From: an uncultured delta proteobacterium
Lineage (GTDB): Bacteria; Desulfobacterota; Binatia; UBA9968
NCBI GenBank assembly: GCA_963755715.1
Contig: CAVWLW010000026.1
Location: 32,001 to 96,000, forward strand
Direction of reading: 5' to 3'
DNA: 64,000 nucleotides
The notes beneath the pieces were generated by a model that saw only the letters and a list, made by a program, of their open reading frames with translations, did not search any database and was not told the DNA's origin. The position numbers and the translations under genes were made by a program. Position 1 is the first letter of the stretch. Each line of letters starts with the position of its first letter. Positions 49,546-59,437 of this stretch are shown here, one piece after another.

Positions 49546-50526
49546 TTATCTCAATTCACTCACCGCTCGACGCGCAAAGCTGAAGTCGGCGACTTCCGCG
49601 AATGAAACGTCCCTCGATGTTTTGAGCGCCTCTTTGGCATTGGCGATGAACTCTTGCATCGCGTCGTCCGACACGATGCCCGTATCCGAGTAAAGCTTGA
49701 CGATTTCCTCATGGATCAACCCTGCCACTACGGGATCATGCACGCCCGATTCCTTGGCCAATAGTCTTGCGAATTCGATTCTTATTTTCCTTCAAAAACC
49801 GATTACCCAGGAGCGTCGCTTTGACCGTGCGCAGAATCATCTCCGGCTCGCCGCGGATTTTTTGCAAGGTCGTCACGAGGCCGCCCTGTGGCGTTTTGAT
49901 GAAATCGCGCAGCTGCACCAGTTCACGAAACCCCATCTTGACCGCCATCTTGTTGAAAGGCATCGACATGACGGTGCCATCGATTTGTCCCGCCTGCAGC
50001 GCGCTCAAGCGCAACGGATGATTGCCGTACAAGGCGCGCAGCTTGACGTCGGTCTCCGGCGTTAAGCCATATTTTCTCAAGCACGATTCGCGTGCCCACG
50101 TCGGTGAATTCGCCGATGCCGGAGACCGCTAGAGTTTTGCCCTTGAGATCCTCGACTCGGCGAATCTCCGGCCGCACCACGAGCGAAAAGTCCTGGCCGA
50201 CGGTCAAGGCCATCATCATTCGCAGCGGCAGGCCGCTCACGCTGGCGCGGGCACCGGACGCGAGCGCCGTGGAAAAATCCAGATCTCCGCTCATTAGCGC
50301 TTGCAGCGAGCTCGCTCGGACGCATGACGATCAACTCCGCATAAAGCCCTTGAGTCCGAAAAAATCCGTACGTTTGCGCCGCCGATAATCCCAAAGTGGT
50401 CGCGCCTCGGTTGGGCATGCCGATGCGGATTCTTTTCAGTCCGCCGCTTTCCTGGCTCCAGGCCGGCGGTGAAATAAGAATCAAAAGAATTACAAGAGCA
50501 CAGGCTCCGCAACTTTTCACGGTCAT
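49546..50526 (-). pseudogene. NMT1/SsuA-like SBP with three frameshifts
   Basis: Four consecutive ORF pieces give a signal peptide, YGFF..QGL, DLKGKTLA, RLSALQAG and VADFSFARRA. Confidence 0.8.
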
Positions 50527-50624
50527 GCTCCCGCCTCTTAACCCAAACGGCGGATTTTTCCAACACGTTGACGGCAGCGGCGGCGCGGTGCTAACGTCCT
50601 ACGCAGCAAGACAGAGTCACGAAT

Positions 50625-50706
50625 GTCATCCTGAGGTGAAACCGAAGGATCCCGTCTTTTGAATTAGGGCTTCGGTCGAGATTCTTCACCCGCGGCTCAG
50701 AATGAC
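50625..50706. repeat. GTCAT...ATGAC palindromic element
   Basis: GTCATCCTGAG..GAAGGATC...GATTCTTC..CTCAGAATGAC. Confidence 0.75.
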
Positions 50707-50757
50707 GTACTCGGTAACTTCGAGATCGGAACATCGCCTGAAAAGGAGGTAGCGAAC

Positions 50758-51546
50758 ATGAACTCACAGATTCGTTATCTCGGCGATCGTCAGCGAGCAA
50801 CCCGAAACCCTGGCAAACTTTTACTCCACCTATTTTAAGATGCGCGAGCTTGGCCGTTCCGACGACGGAGATGTCGCGGTCACCGATGGCTTTTACAATA
50901 TCTCGATCCTCAAGCAGCGCAGCGACGTCAGAAGAGACCGGCATCAGCCACTTCGGCATCACCATCGACGACATCGGTGCAGTCGAAGCGCGCATCAAAG
51001 AATTCGCGTCCGAACACGGACATTCGCAAAGAAGCAGGCGGACTTTTCCATGGAGACTATCGCGTCACCGATCCGAGCGGCCAATCGGTCACTCTCTCTA
51101 CCCATCAGTTCCACACACCCATCGTCGAACGCACATTCCCGTGCATCCGCCATCTCGCCGTGTGTGTGGCGAACAACGACGACGTGCTGGATTTTTATGT
51201 CAACGTCTTCGGCTTTCGCGAGTCGACGACCAGCAGACGGATTCGATCGGAAAACCGAGTTGTGCGCTGGGCCGCCGACGGTGCAACGGCGATGGCCATC
51301 CTGCCGGACCGAACCCGCCGCGACATGAACGAGAGAGAAAGCCCGCGCGATGGTCTAAATCACTTCGGCTGGCTGGTAAACAACATCGAGCCGTTTCTGA
51401 ATTCACTTCCCGAAGGCTGCGTCAGTCAGCGCCCCAGCAGCCGTCCCATGGCCGAGTACCGCGGCTTCGACCCCGATCACAACCCGTTCGACATCTCGCA
51501 AGACAAAGGTTACGAGATCGACGTCGACCGGTGGGTGCACGGATAA
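50758..51546 (+). CDS. Two-domain VOC protein, frameshifted
   Basis: RBS AAGGAGG, ATG 50758; GISHFGI, DPSG, IRHLA, GLNHFGW, DPD.N.FD. Confidence 0.78.
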
Positions 51547-51671
51547 TTTTCCCATCGCCAGCGTAGTCACCGCCATTCCTTCAATCCGCGATGCAAGGCC
51601 TGGATTGCAACTTGTCGCGCCGGCGCTTCTTGCCGGGCGCGCGATCAGCGTACTCTTCTCAGCATTTTCGA

Positions 51672-53028
51672 ATGCTGAAACTGAAATCCATCTCTTTCTT
51701 AGCGCCGTTCTTCGCGATCGGGTTCGTGGCCGTTTACCTGCTGCATCCGAATTACGGCTCATCGGTCGTTGCGTCGCTCTGCGCCTTCAGCGCCGGCGTA
51801 CATTGCGCGCGGCAACGAAGCAGAGGAAAGTTTTCAAGCCTACCGCAAATCTCTCGCTGGCTATTACAAATCTCTCGCCAGCGCTTTGAACGCCCACGCT
51901 CCAGACCTGGTGGAAGCTTCTATCAGCACCGGGTCCGGTAAAAACCGGCTGTGAAAATTTACCCGCTGGTCTCAGACAGCGCGCAGGAAGCACAGCGAGC
52001 GCATCGATCCATCGGCTATAGCTGGCATGGACGGAGCGGCTGATTGCTATGGAACGGCGCGAGCTCGCCCGTTGCAAAAAACGAGCTGCATGTACAGCGA
52101 CCGCTGCTGAATGAAACCCAACGAAGGAGCTCGAAAGACTCGTGCTCGATTACCGCCGATTGTGCGAGAAACTAAGAAACATCGACGCGCACATCCAATA
52201 TAACCGCTTCTGGCAAGCCGTATTGCCGCCGATAGCGCCGGTTACGACCGCGAGACGGAACTGCACGACGAAGTGCTCGAACGCCGAGAAGTTCGCGACG
52301 AATTGCGCAATCTGAACGACCCCTGGTCTATGGTTTCGCTACAAGCCGATCCGTGCGCTGGCTGGCCTGAACGGGGTTCACTAGTAATTTGAAAAGACGC
52401 GAAGCGCTTCTTACTCAACGCATCGATAGCGCGATCGGGCGGGTTAAAACGCCCTTGTTCGTCGCCATGGAACATCGTCCGCAGGAATGGATTCGCGTTT
52501 CGGTTTACACGGACATCGCCAATCGAGACTTTGTCGCGGTTGCGAAACGCAATATCGAAGCGATCTGGAAATTGCGCGACGGCACTCGGGAGTCTCGCGT
52601 CGAGCTGGATATTACTTACATTCCCAGCGAAAGTTTATATGCCGGCGGAGAAGTGCCGGCTGTCGGTGCGCCGATCGATCTCCCGCGTCACTTGCAAAGA
52701 TTTCCCCGGGACGGTGCGATCTTCACGACCGGCGCATTGACCACGCATGTTCAGAGTTATGCGATCGTGTTGGGGCCGCACGCAATCACGCCACGAATAT
52801 TGCGCCCATGAATTTGGTCACCTCTTGGGCTTTCGAGACGCCTATGTGCGCGGGTATGAGGATCTGGGCAAAGACGGCTTTCAAGTCTTAGAAGTGGGCA
52901 CCGACTCCGCCGATATCATGGCCGATCCGGTCGCGGGATCGGTGCCGATCAAATATTTTGAGATGTTGTTAAACAACCGCTGCGTAAAGACGCCGCGAGT
53001 TCCTGCCGACACCGCGCGCCTGATGTGA
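51672..53028 (+). pseudogene. Membrane/secreted protein with a zincin HEXXH motif, multiple frameshifts
   Basis: Hydrophobic N-terminus (FLAPFFAIGFVAVYLL); C-terminal AHEFGHLLGF.D.Y.RGY; ORF in several pieces. Confidence 0.55.
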
Positions 53029-53050
53029 AATTATTTTAGGCGAGTAGACG

Positions 53051-53131
53051 AGCTTTGGCGGACCCAGACGGACGGCAAGTTGTCTTTCGCAACAACTGTG
53101 GGGGGCGCGCCCGTCGAGGTCCGCCGAAGCT
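53051..53131. repeat. Long imperfect hairpin between convergent genes
   Basis: AGCTTTGGCGGACC..GACGG / CCGTC..GGTCCGCCGAAGCT. Confidence 0.65.
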
Positions 53132-53158
53132 GATTAAACCTTCGCTGGCCGCTGTTGG

Positions 53159-53551
53159 TTAATGATCATGACCGCGTGATGCCGCGACGATCCCTATGAT
53201 CACGACCGCAAGCACACCCAGCCCGATCAATAATACTGTCGGATCGACGCCCAATGGGGTTCCACCGGTCGGACCGGATGGTCCAGCTGGACCGGGGACT
53301 CCTGGCGCTCCGGCGGGTCCTTGAGGTCCGGGAACACCTCGCTCACCTTCCGGTCCCTTGCGTTCTACTCGCGGACAGTTTTGCTGAGATTCCCGGCCCT
53401 GTACTTGAATGTCGAAGTTGGTATCGCCTGCTTTTCCTTCTATCCGCGCTCCTTCATTCTTTCTTGGAGAATCTTGGGCCACCACGGAACCGGCGAATCC
53501 GAGCGCGAAAAATAGCAGCAAAAGGCTTAATAAATATTTGTGCTGTTTCAT
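53159..53551 (-). CDS. Small exported, C-terminally anchored collagen-like protein
   Basis: Signal peptide; (Gly-X-Y)10 GPEGERGVPGPQGPAGAPGVPGPAGPSGPT; C-terminal TM helix; RBS AGGAGGT. Confidence 0.8.
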   Translation of the reverse strand: MKQHKYLLSLLLLFFALGFAGSVVAQDSPRKNEGARIEGKAGDTNFDIQVQGRESQQNCPRVERKGPEGERGVPGPQGPAGAPGVPGPAGPSGPTGGTPLGVDPTVLLIGLGVLAVVIIGIVAASRGHDH

Positions 53552-53809
53552 GATTCACCTCCTTCTTCTCAAGAGAGTCGAGCAAAATATATGCCCCATT
53601 CGGCCTTTGAAATAATATCAAAGACTTACACGCGCCGAAAAACTCTTCCGCTAAAAGCCATAAAAAATAGCGCCCGGTTACGATGATTTTCTCTTTCAAT
53701 TGCAAGTGGAAATCATACGTCGATTTTCAGGCAGAAAATTTCCGCTAGAGATCCGGGCGTGACCACGGTTGGCAAAACGAGTTGAGCTGATTAAAAAATT
53801 CTTCTGGTT

Positions 53810-54853
53810 TCATCTTGCCGGCAGGGGATCGGCGCCGGCGAGTTTGGTGAAAAGCTCGACCACGCTAGGGTCGCGCGGCAACTCACGAATGACTTTTTCC
53901 AGCGCTTCGGGCCCCAGCGGTGACGCGGTGTCGCCGGCGAGCTTTTCGAATTCCTTGTAAAATTCCGGATCGCTCAAAGTCTTGCGCATCGCATCCTGAA
54001 GAATCTGCGCGCGATCTTTAGGCGTGCCGGGCGGCAGGAAAAAATTCTGCCCTGCCAGTCTGAAGGCGCGGAACATTTCCAGCAATTTTTTCTCCCGCTC
54101 GGTCTTGGCAAAACTTTCCAGTTCCGGTAGTTGAGCGAAGCGTTGATTCTTTTTCCCCTTGGGAATCTCGATGCCCGCGTGGACGTCCACGAGTCCTTTG
54201 TCGAGCCACTCGCGCGACCGCACCAGCATGGTTTCTCCGGTCGTCACCCTGCCGTCCACTTCGCGCCGCGTGATTGCGAGATCGAGCTCGGGGCCGGTGT
54301 ACCCGGTGACAAACTTGGAGTTCGTCACGCCCATGAAATAGGCGAAGGTTCGTCCCGTAATGTAAACCGGATGGCCGACAGACTGGCTGCCGATGCGCAC
54401 GCTTGGCGCGGCGCGCAGTTTTTCTAAATTACCGAAACCCGAGTCGCGGTGCGTGATGAAGAGATAGTGCTGCGCGCTGTCGGGCGTGCCGAGATAGATA
54501 AATTTATCGATGTCGTACTGCACGCCGGGCTCGCCCAGCACCGCGTTGGCGACGAGGGCGGCGCCCATGCTGCCAATGGTAAGACCGTCGGGCTTGGCGA
54601 CTTTGTACACATGATTGGCGGCTTGCCTGCCGCCGCCGGCGGCCATGTGCTGCACAACGATCGTCGGATTGCCGGGCACATGTTTGCGCAGGATGTTGAC
54701 GACCGCGCGCGTGCGCATATCCGCCGAGCCGGCGGGCGGCCCGCCGAGAACGACGTTGACCGTTTTGTCGGCGAAAAACGGCGTCTGCGCTAAAATCGGC
54801 CTGGCACCAAATCCGAAGATAAAGAGAATCACAGCGGTCAAAATACTTTTCAT
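53810..54853 (-). CDS. Tripartite tricarboxylate transporter (Bug/TctC) family SBP
   Basis: FF.DKT...V.G..AG..D, PGNP.IVV, AKPDGLTIG, PPGTP.DR. Confidence 0.85.
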   Translation of the reverse strand: MKSILTAVILFIFGFGARPILAQTPFFADKTVNVVLGGPPAGSADMRTRAVVNILRKHVPGNPTIVVQHMAAGGGRQAANHVYKVAKPDGLTIGSMGAALVANAVLGEPGVQYDIDKFIYLGTPDSAQHYLFITHRDSGFGNLEKLRAAPSVRIGSQSVGHPVYITGRTFAYFMGVTNSKFVTGYTGPELDLAITRREVDGRVTTGETMLVRSREWLDKGLVDVHAGIEIPKGKKNQRFAQLPELESFAKTEREKKLLEMFRAFRLAGQNFFLPPGTPKDRAQILQDAMRKTLSDPEFYKEFEKLAGDTASPLGPEALEKVIRELPRDPSVVELFTKLAGADPLPAR

Positions 54854-54911
54854 GACGTTCTCCTGGCGAAGATGCATTGGCGACAAGACAATCCCGTTAG
54901 CCGCGCCGGAC

Positions 54912-55883
54912 TTACGGTTTGGTCACGCCGAGCTCGCGCCGCGCCCTTTCGAGGAAGCTGTAATCGACGACCTGCGCGACGTTGAACGGCTGCGCCACTT
55001 TCGAATCTTCGCGCACCAGGTCGATCATGAGCTGCATGCCCTCCGGTTTCACCGACATGTCGCGGATAATGCCGCGGCCGAATTGCTTGAGCATCTCGCC
55101 GGCGAGCCGCCGGTCGGTGAGCCGCCACTGCTTCATGATGATACCGATCACTTCGTCGCGATTGCGCGGCTCTAGGCTGAAAATAAATCCGCGCAGCGTC
55201 GCCCGCACCATGCCGTAGACTTCCTCTGGATTGTCCTGAATCTTTTTGACCGAAGCGCCGAATCCGTTCTGCGGAAAACTGAGAATATCGCCGACGAAGA
55301 GAAGTTCGTTATAGCCCTTCTCCACCGCGATAATATTTTCCGGCACGCCGAGGAGCGCGGCGTCAACCGTGCCGGCCTCCATCGCCGTCAGCCGATTGTC
55401 CCTGAGCGTCACCACCGTCACGTCGCGGCCGGGTTCGAGTCCGAAGTGCTTGAGTGCGGCGTCGGCCATCAAGGTCGCGGTGCCGCCGGTGGTGCTACCC
55501 GCGACTTTTTTACCCTTGAGATCGCGCGGCGCGCGAATGTCTTTTCTGGCGATGAAGGATTGCAAAGGCCGGTCGACGGCGCACGCCAGGATCTTCGCCG
55601 GCGCCCCGCGCACGATGCCCTGGATGATGCCGTTGACCGCGGCGCTGTAGTCGAGATCGCCGCGCACGAAGGCCGCGTTTACGGCTTGCGTCGACATGAA
55701 AATCGTCTCCAGATCAATTCCCTGCTCGCGGTAAAAGCCCTTGTGATAAGCGAGATGAAAAGGCAAAAAGCCGATGTTGGTGGACTGAATCCCCATCCTG
55801 ACTTTTTTGAGACCTTGCGCGCGCAAATCCCCATTGGATATCGCGATCAAGAAAATGAGCAGCGCGAGCGTGTGCGACCGCAT
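54912..55883 (-). CDS. NMT1/SsuA-like SBP (orphan)
   Basis: Signal peptide; KGFYREQGID, DLKGKKVA, VDYSFLERA. Confidence 0.88.
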   Translation of the reverse strand: MRSHTLALLIFLIAISNGDLRAQGLKKVRMGIQSTNIGFLPFHLAYHKGFYREQGIDLETIFMSTQAVNAAFVRGDLDYSAAVNGIIQGIVRGAPAKILACAVDRPLQSFIARKDIRAPRDLKGKKVAGSTTGGTATLMADAALKHFGLEPGRDVTVVTLRDNRLTAMEAGTVDAALLGVPENIIAVEKGYNELLFVGDILSFPQNGFGASVKKIQDNPEEVYGMVRATLRGFIFSLEPRNRDEVIGIIMKQWRLTDRRLAGEMLKQFGRGIIRDMSVKPEGMQLMIDLVREDSKVAQPFNVAQVVDYSFLERARRELGVTKP

Positions 55884-55887
55884 CGTT

Positions 55888-56838
55888 TTACGATCCGAGT
55901 GTTTCTGGAGCGAAGAGGTCATCGATATTCGGTTTGCGATCGAGGATACCTTGCTGCACTTGGTATTCCATCAAAGTTTCCAGCGACCGGCGCGCGCAGC
56001 CGGTTTTCAAGCTGTATTGGAAATCTTCTCCCATCACTTCTTTTTCCCAGGCCGCTTCGCGCCGCTGTTTGTCGTCGCGATAACGGTCGGTCAAAGCGTT
56101 GGCTTCTTTAAAAGCGGTGAAAAGGTTCTCAACGACCTCCGGTTTGCCTTTGACGATCTCTTCGCGGACAGCGAAAAGATGATTGGTCGTATAGGCGCCG
56201 GTGCGCTTGAAGAATTCTTGCTCCGCGCTCCGATAGTCGGCCATCAAGTAGCGCATATTCGGGCTGGCGTAGGGCTCGAGCGCGGCATCGATCTCGCCCT
56301 TTTCAAGCAACTCGATCGCGTGCTCGCGAGTGCGCGGCGGTGCAACGAAACTCACGCGCACATCGGCGGGCGGCGGCCGCTGGCTTTCTTCGGCGATGTC
56401 CGGCTCGGCGACGTACCAGTCGATCTCTTTGGGCGGCACGCCAAACTGATTTTGCAAAATGCCCTTGAGCCACACTGGCGTCGTGGCGTTGTAGCGATGC
56501 ACGGTCACTTTCTTACCGGCCAATTCAGACGGATGGCGCAACGGCGAGGCGGTGCGGCAGTACATGCAGCGCAGCCGGAAACGGCGCGACAGAAAAACCG
56601 GCAAAGCGATCAGCGGCACGCCGCGCAATCGCGCCAAGATGTACGACGAGATCGACACCTCGCCGCCGTCGATCTCGCCGGCGATAATCGCCCGGTGGCG
56701 CGCACCCACATTGTCTAAGCCGTCGCCGAAGCGCGTCTGAATTTTAAGCTCAATTCCTTCGGGGCGCACCGAGCCATCGAACAGCGCCTCCGTATAAGGG
56801 GATCGGGTCAAACCAACAGTCAAATGAATATCACTCAT
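55888..56838 (-). CDS. 4,5-dihydroxyphthalate decarboxylase-like protein (PBP2 fold)
   Basis: T.AL.DG.V.PEGI, D.GE.S.SSY, LPVFLSR.FR, ELAGK.V, W.KGIL...FGV. Confidence 0.78.
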   Translation of the reverse strand: MSDIHLTVGLTRSPYTEALFDGSVRPEGIELKIQTRFGDGLDNVGARHRAIIAGEIDGGEVSISSYILARLRGVPLIALPVFLSRRFRLRCMYCRTASPLRHPSELAGKKVTVHRYNATTPVWLKGILQNQFGVPPKEIDWYVAEPDIAEESQRPPPADVRVSFVAPPRTREHAIELLEKGEIDAALEPYASPNMRYLMADYRSAEQEFFKRTGAYTTNHLFAVREEIVKGKPEVVENLFTAFKEANALTDRYRDDKQRREAAWEKEVMGEDFQYSLKTGCARRSLETLMEYQVQQGILDRKPNIDDLFAPETLGS

Positions 56839-57113
56839 TGCTTTTCTTTCTGTGATCGCCGCGAGAAATTTCCGCGCCGATCGACACGCCCCTCGTACCA
56901 TAATCCGCGCGGCCGGAACAACTGCGCCGGAGCGCCGAACGATCGACTTGCGGCAAGCCTCAGGACCTTCTAAGAGAATTCGTCGCTGCAAGCTTCGCTG
57001 CCAACCTTTCCGCTTCGCCTATTGCAAACAGTGCAGCCGGTAAGATAAGAGGAAACGCGATCATCCGGCCCGCCGGCTGGATGCGAAATTCATCGTTACA
57101 TGCGCGCCCTCCC

Positions 57114-58109
57114 ATGAAGTCTCTTCGCGTTTCGCTGGCTTGCTGCCTCTTTGCCGCCGTTTTCGCCGCGCCGCTCGCGGCACAAGACAAGAAACTGACC
57201 CCAGTTTACCTCGGCTACTCGGCGATCAGCGGCAGCTTCGCGCCGCTCTGGGTTGGCTTCGATCAAGGCTTATTCGCGAAACACGGGCTTGATCTTAAGA
57301 TGGCCTACATCCAAGGCAACCGGGTGATGATGTCGGCGTTGACGGCCGGTGAGATTCACATTTATCAAGGCGGCGCCGAAGGTTTGATCCGGCTCGTATC
57401 GGGCGGCGGCGACGGTATTTTCATCGCTACTCAGTACAACGTCGTCGGCCACTACGTGCTGATGACCGATCCGAGCATCACCCGGCTCGAGGACCTGCGC
57501 GGCAAGAGGATCGCTCTCGATCCCACCAGCCCCACTTACGGCTACATGCTCAAAGTGTTGGAGCAGGTTGGTTTGAAAAAAGAAGATGTAAGCTTCGTGC
57601 AATTCGGCACCGTCGGCCAACCGGAGCGCGCCATGGCGGTCATGCGCAAGCAAGCCGCCGCGACGATTCTCACCGCGCCGAATACTTACGCCGCCGAGAA
57701 GCAAGGCTTAAGAAAATTTTCGATCATCCGCGAGCTCGGCATCCGTCAATTGATCACGGTCAGCGCGACGACGAAAAGATTTCTCCGGGAAAAACGCGAA
57801 GCCGCGGACGGGTATCTACGTGCCTACGTCGAAGCTCTCGCTTATGTAAAAGCCAATCGCGACGTCACAATGAAAGTGATCGCCAAATACACGCGCCAGC
57901 GCGAGCCGGACGTGCTCGCTAAATTCTACGATGAGATGGTGCCAGACCTGCCACGTATCCCCTACATCGACGAAGTCTCGGCGCGCGCCACCATTGACGC
58001 CATGCAGGCGCAGGGCCCGCCGCTGCCGAAAGTCGATGTGAAAGCGCTATACGACAATAGTCTGTTGAAGACGATCGAAGCGGATCTGGATCGGGATAAA
58101 CGGCGGTAG
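57114..58109 (+). CDS. NMT1/SsuA-like SBP (orphan)
   Basis: Signal peptide; APLWVG.DQGLF.KHGL, DLRGKRI. Confidence 0.88.
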   Translation: MKSLRVSLACCLFAAVFAAPLAAQDKKLTPVYLGYSAISGSFAPLWVGFDQGLFAKHGLDLKMAYIQGNRVMMSALTAGEIHIYQGGAEGLIRLVSGGGDGIFIATQYNVVGHYVLMTDPSITRLEDLRGKRIALDPTSPTYGYMLKVLEQVGLKKEDVSFVQFGTVGQPERAMAVMRKQAAATILTAPNTYAAEKQGLRKFSIIRELGIRQLITVSATTKRFLREKREAADGYLRAYVEALAYVKANRDVTMKVIAKYTRQREPDVLAKFYDEMVPDLPRIPYIDEVSARATIDAMQAQGPPLPKVDVKALYDNSLLKTIEADLDRDKRR

Positions 58110-58153
58110 TGACCGAGGGCGAAAACGGGGGGACGAACCTTTGTTTCTTTTCT

Positions 58154-58218
58154 GCTTAACGCGTTCGCATTGACCGGCGAGCCGCTTGCGGCGAGTCCGG
58201 TCGAATGCGTGGTTCGGC
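58154..58218 (-). mobile_element. Integron attC site (solo)
   Basis: Minus strand: GCCGAAC-cacgc-ATTCGACC-GGACTCGCCGCAAGCGGCTCGCC-GGTCAAT-gcgaac-G|CGTTAAGC. Confidence 0.75.
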
Positions 58219-58288
58219 CTCATGTGCTCACTTACGTCGATCGCGGCAAAGCGCGTGTTCATTAGGTCGCATGGAGGATGAGCTTCGT

Positions 58289-59100
58289 TTAGCCCGGTTC
58301 CATTCCCTGCGATTTGATGACCGGGATGGCAGTTGGACCGGTGAGGAATTTGATCAGATCTCGCGCCGCACCCGGCGCTTTCGAGTCTGCGCTAACTCCA
58401 GCGAGTAAACACGGTGTAGAACTGAATCTCGGGGGGAGCGGCCCGACCAGTTCGACGCCGGGTGTCGTCAAGATCTGCGTGATAACCACCACCCCGAGCT
58501 CGATTTCGCCCTTGGCGACAAGTTCGGAAACGATATCGGAAGTCCGGTATCGTCACTTTCGACTTGATCGCATCCGCAATTCCAAGCCGATCGACCAGCT
58601 GCGGCACTCCGCCGCTCGGGAGGTAGCCGATCGATTTGGCATTGAGCAGCGCACGCTTGAATGCCTCGACCGAGCTGATGTCAGGTTTGGGCGCGCCCGC
58701 GCGCACCCCCACGCCAATTCCCGAGCGCACGAGATTGGTGCGCGTGTCGGCAATGACCTTGCCGTCTTTGATCAAGCCCGTCGATAGTAGGCGGCGGACT
58801 GACGAAAACGTCAAACGGCTCGCCGGCATTAATTTGCTTTACGAAGTTGGGGCTGAAGCCGGAGATCACGTTGAGCTTGTGCCCGGTTGTGCGCTCGAAT
58901 TCAGGCCCGATCTTGTCCAACACGGTCGCGATCGCTCTAGAGGTAAAGACCTTGAGTTCAGCGGCGTTGGCAGCACTGCGGTGAGTCGAAATGGTCACAA
59001 GGAAGAAAATCGTCGACACTCTCACAACCGAAACAGCCTTTGTGAACAGCCGCTCGGGCGTCGTCGAAATACCGATCCCTGCGCAAGAATTACTCAACAT
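58289..59100 (-). CDS. ModA-like (SBP_bac_11) substrate-binding protein, frameshifted; cassette cargo
   Basis: FERTTGHKL, GIGVGVRAGAPKPDISS.EAFKRALL.AKSI, GVELVGPLP; three ORF pieces; GTTAGGC core about 20 nt upstream of the ATG. Confidence 0.78.
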
Positions 59101-59437
59101 GACTTCCTCGTAAGGCCCAGCCTAACTATTAAGTGAGCCGCCGTAGGCAGCGACAATTACTGGTCGGCTTATCCCGGCGACGCCTAGGACAATAAAGGAT
59201 CAAATCGTATGCAATATCCATCAGCTAACAGAGCGTTGTCAACATTAGTATTCCGCCAAAAGCCGACCGGCACGGCGGCTTATCTCCCTAACAACTCGCA
59301 GTCTATCTCCGCGGCTTGCTTGGCTGACGCCATCCCGTCACAAACGATACCTCTGCCTCCTCGGTTTAAATATTGTGGTGCTGTCTGCGATGCCGAACGG
59401 TGAGAGAGATTCGTCCTGAACCGAACACCGCGCGACT

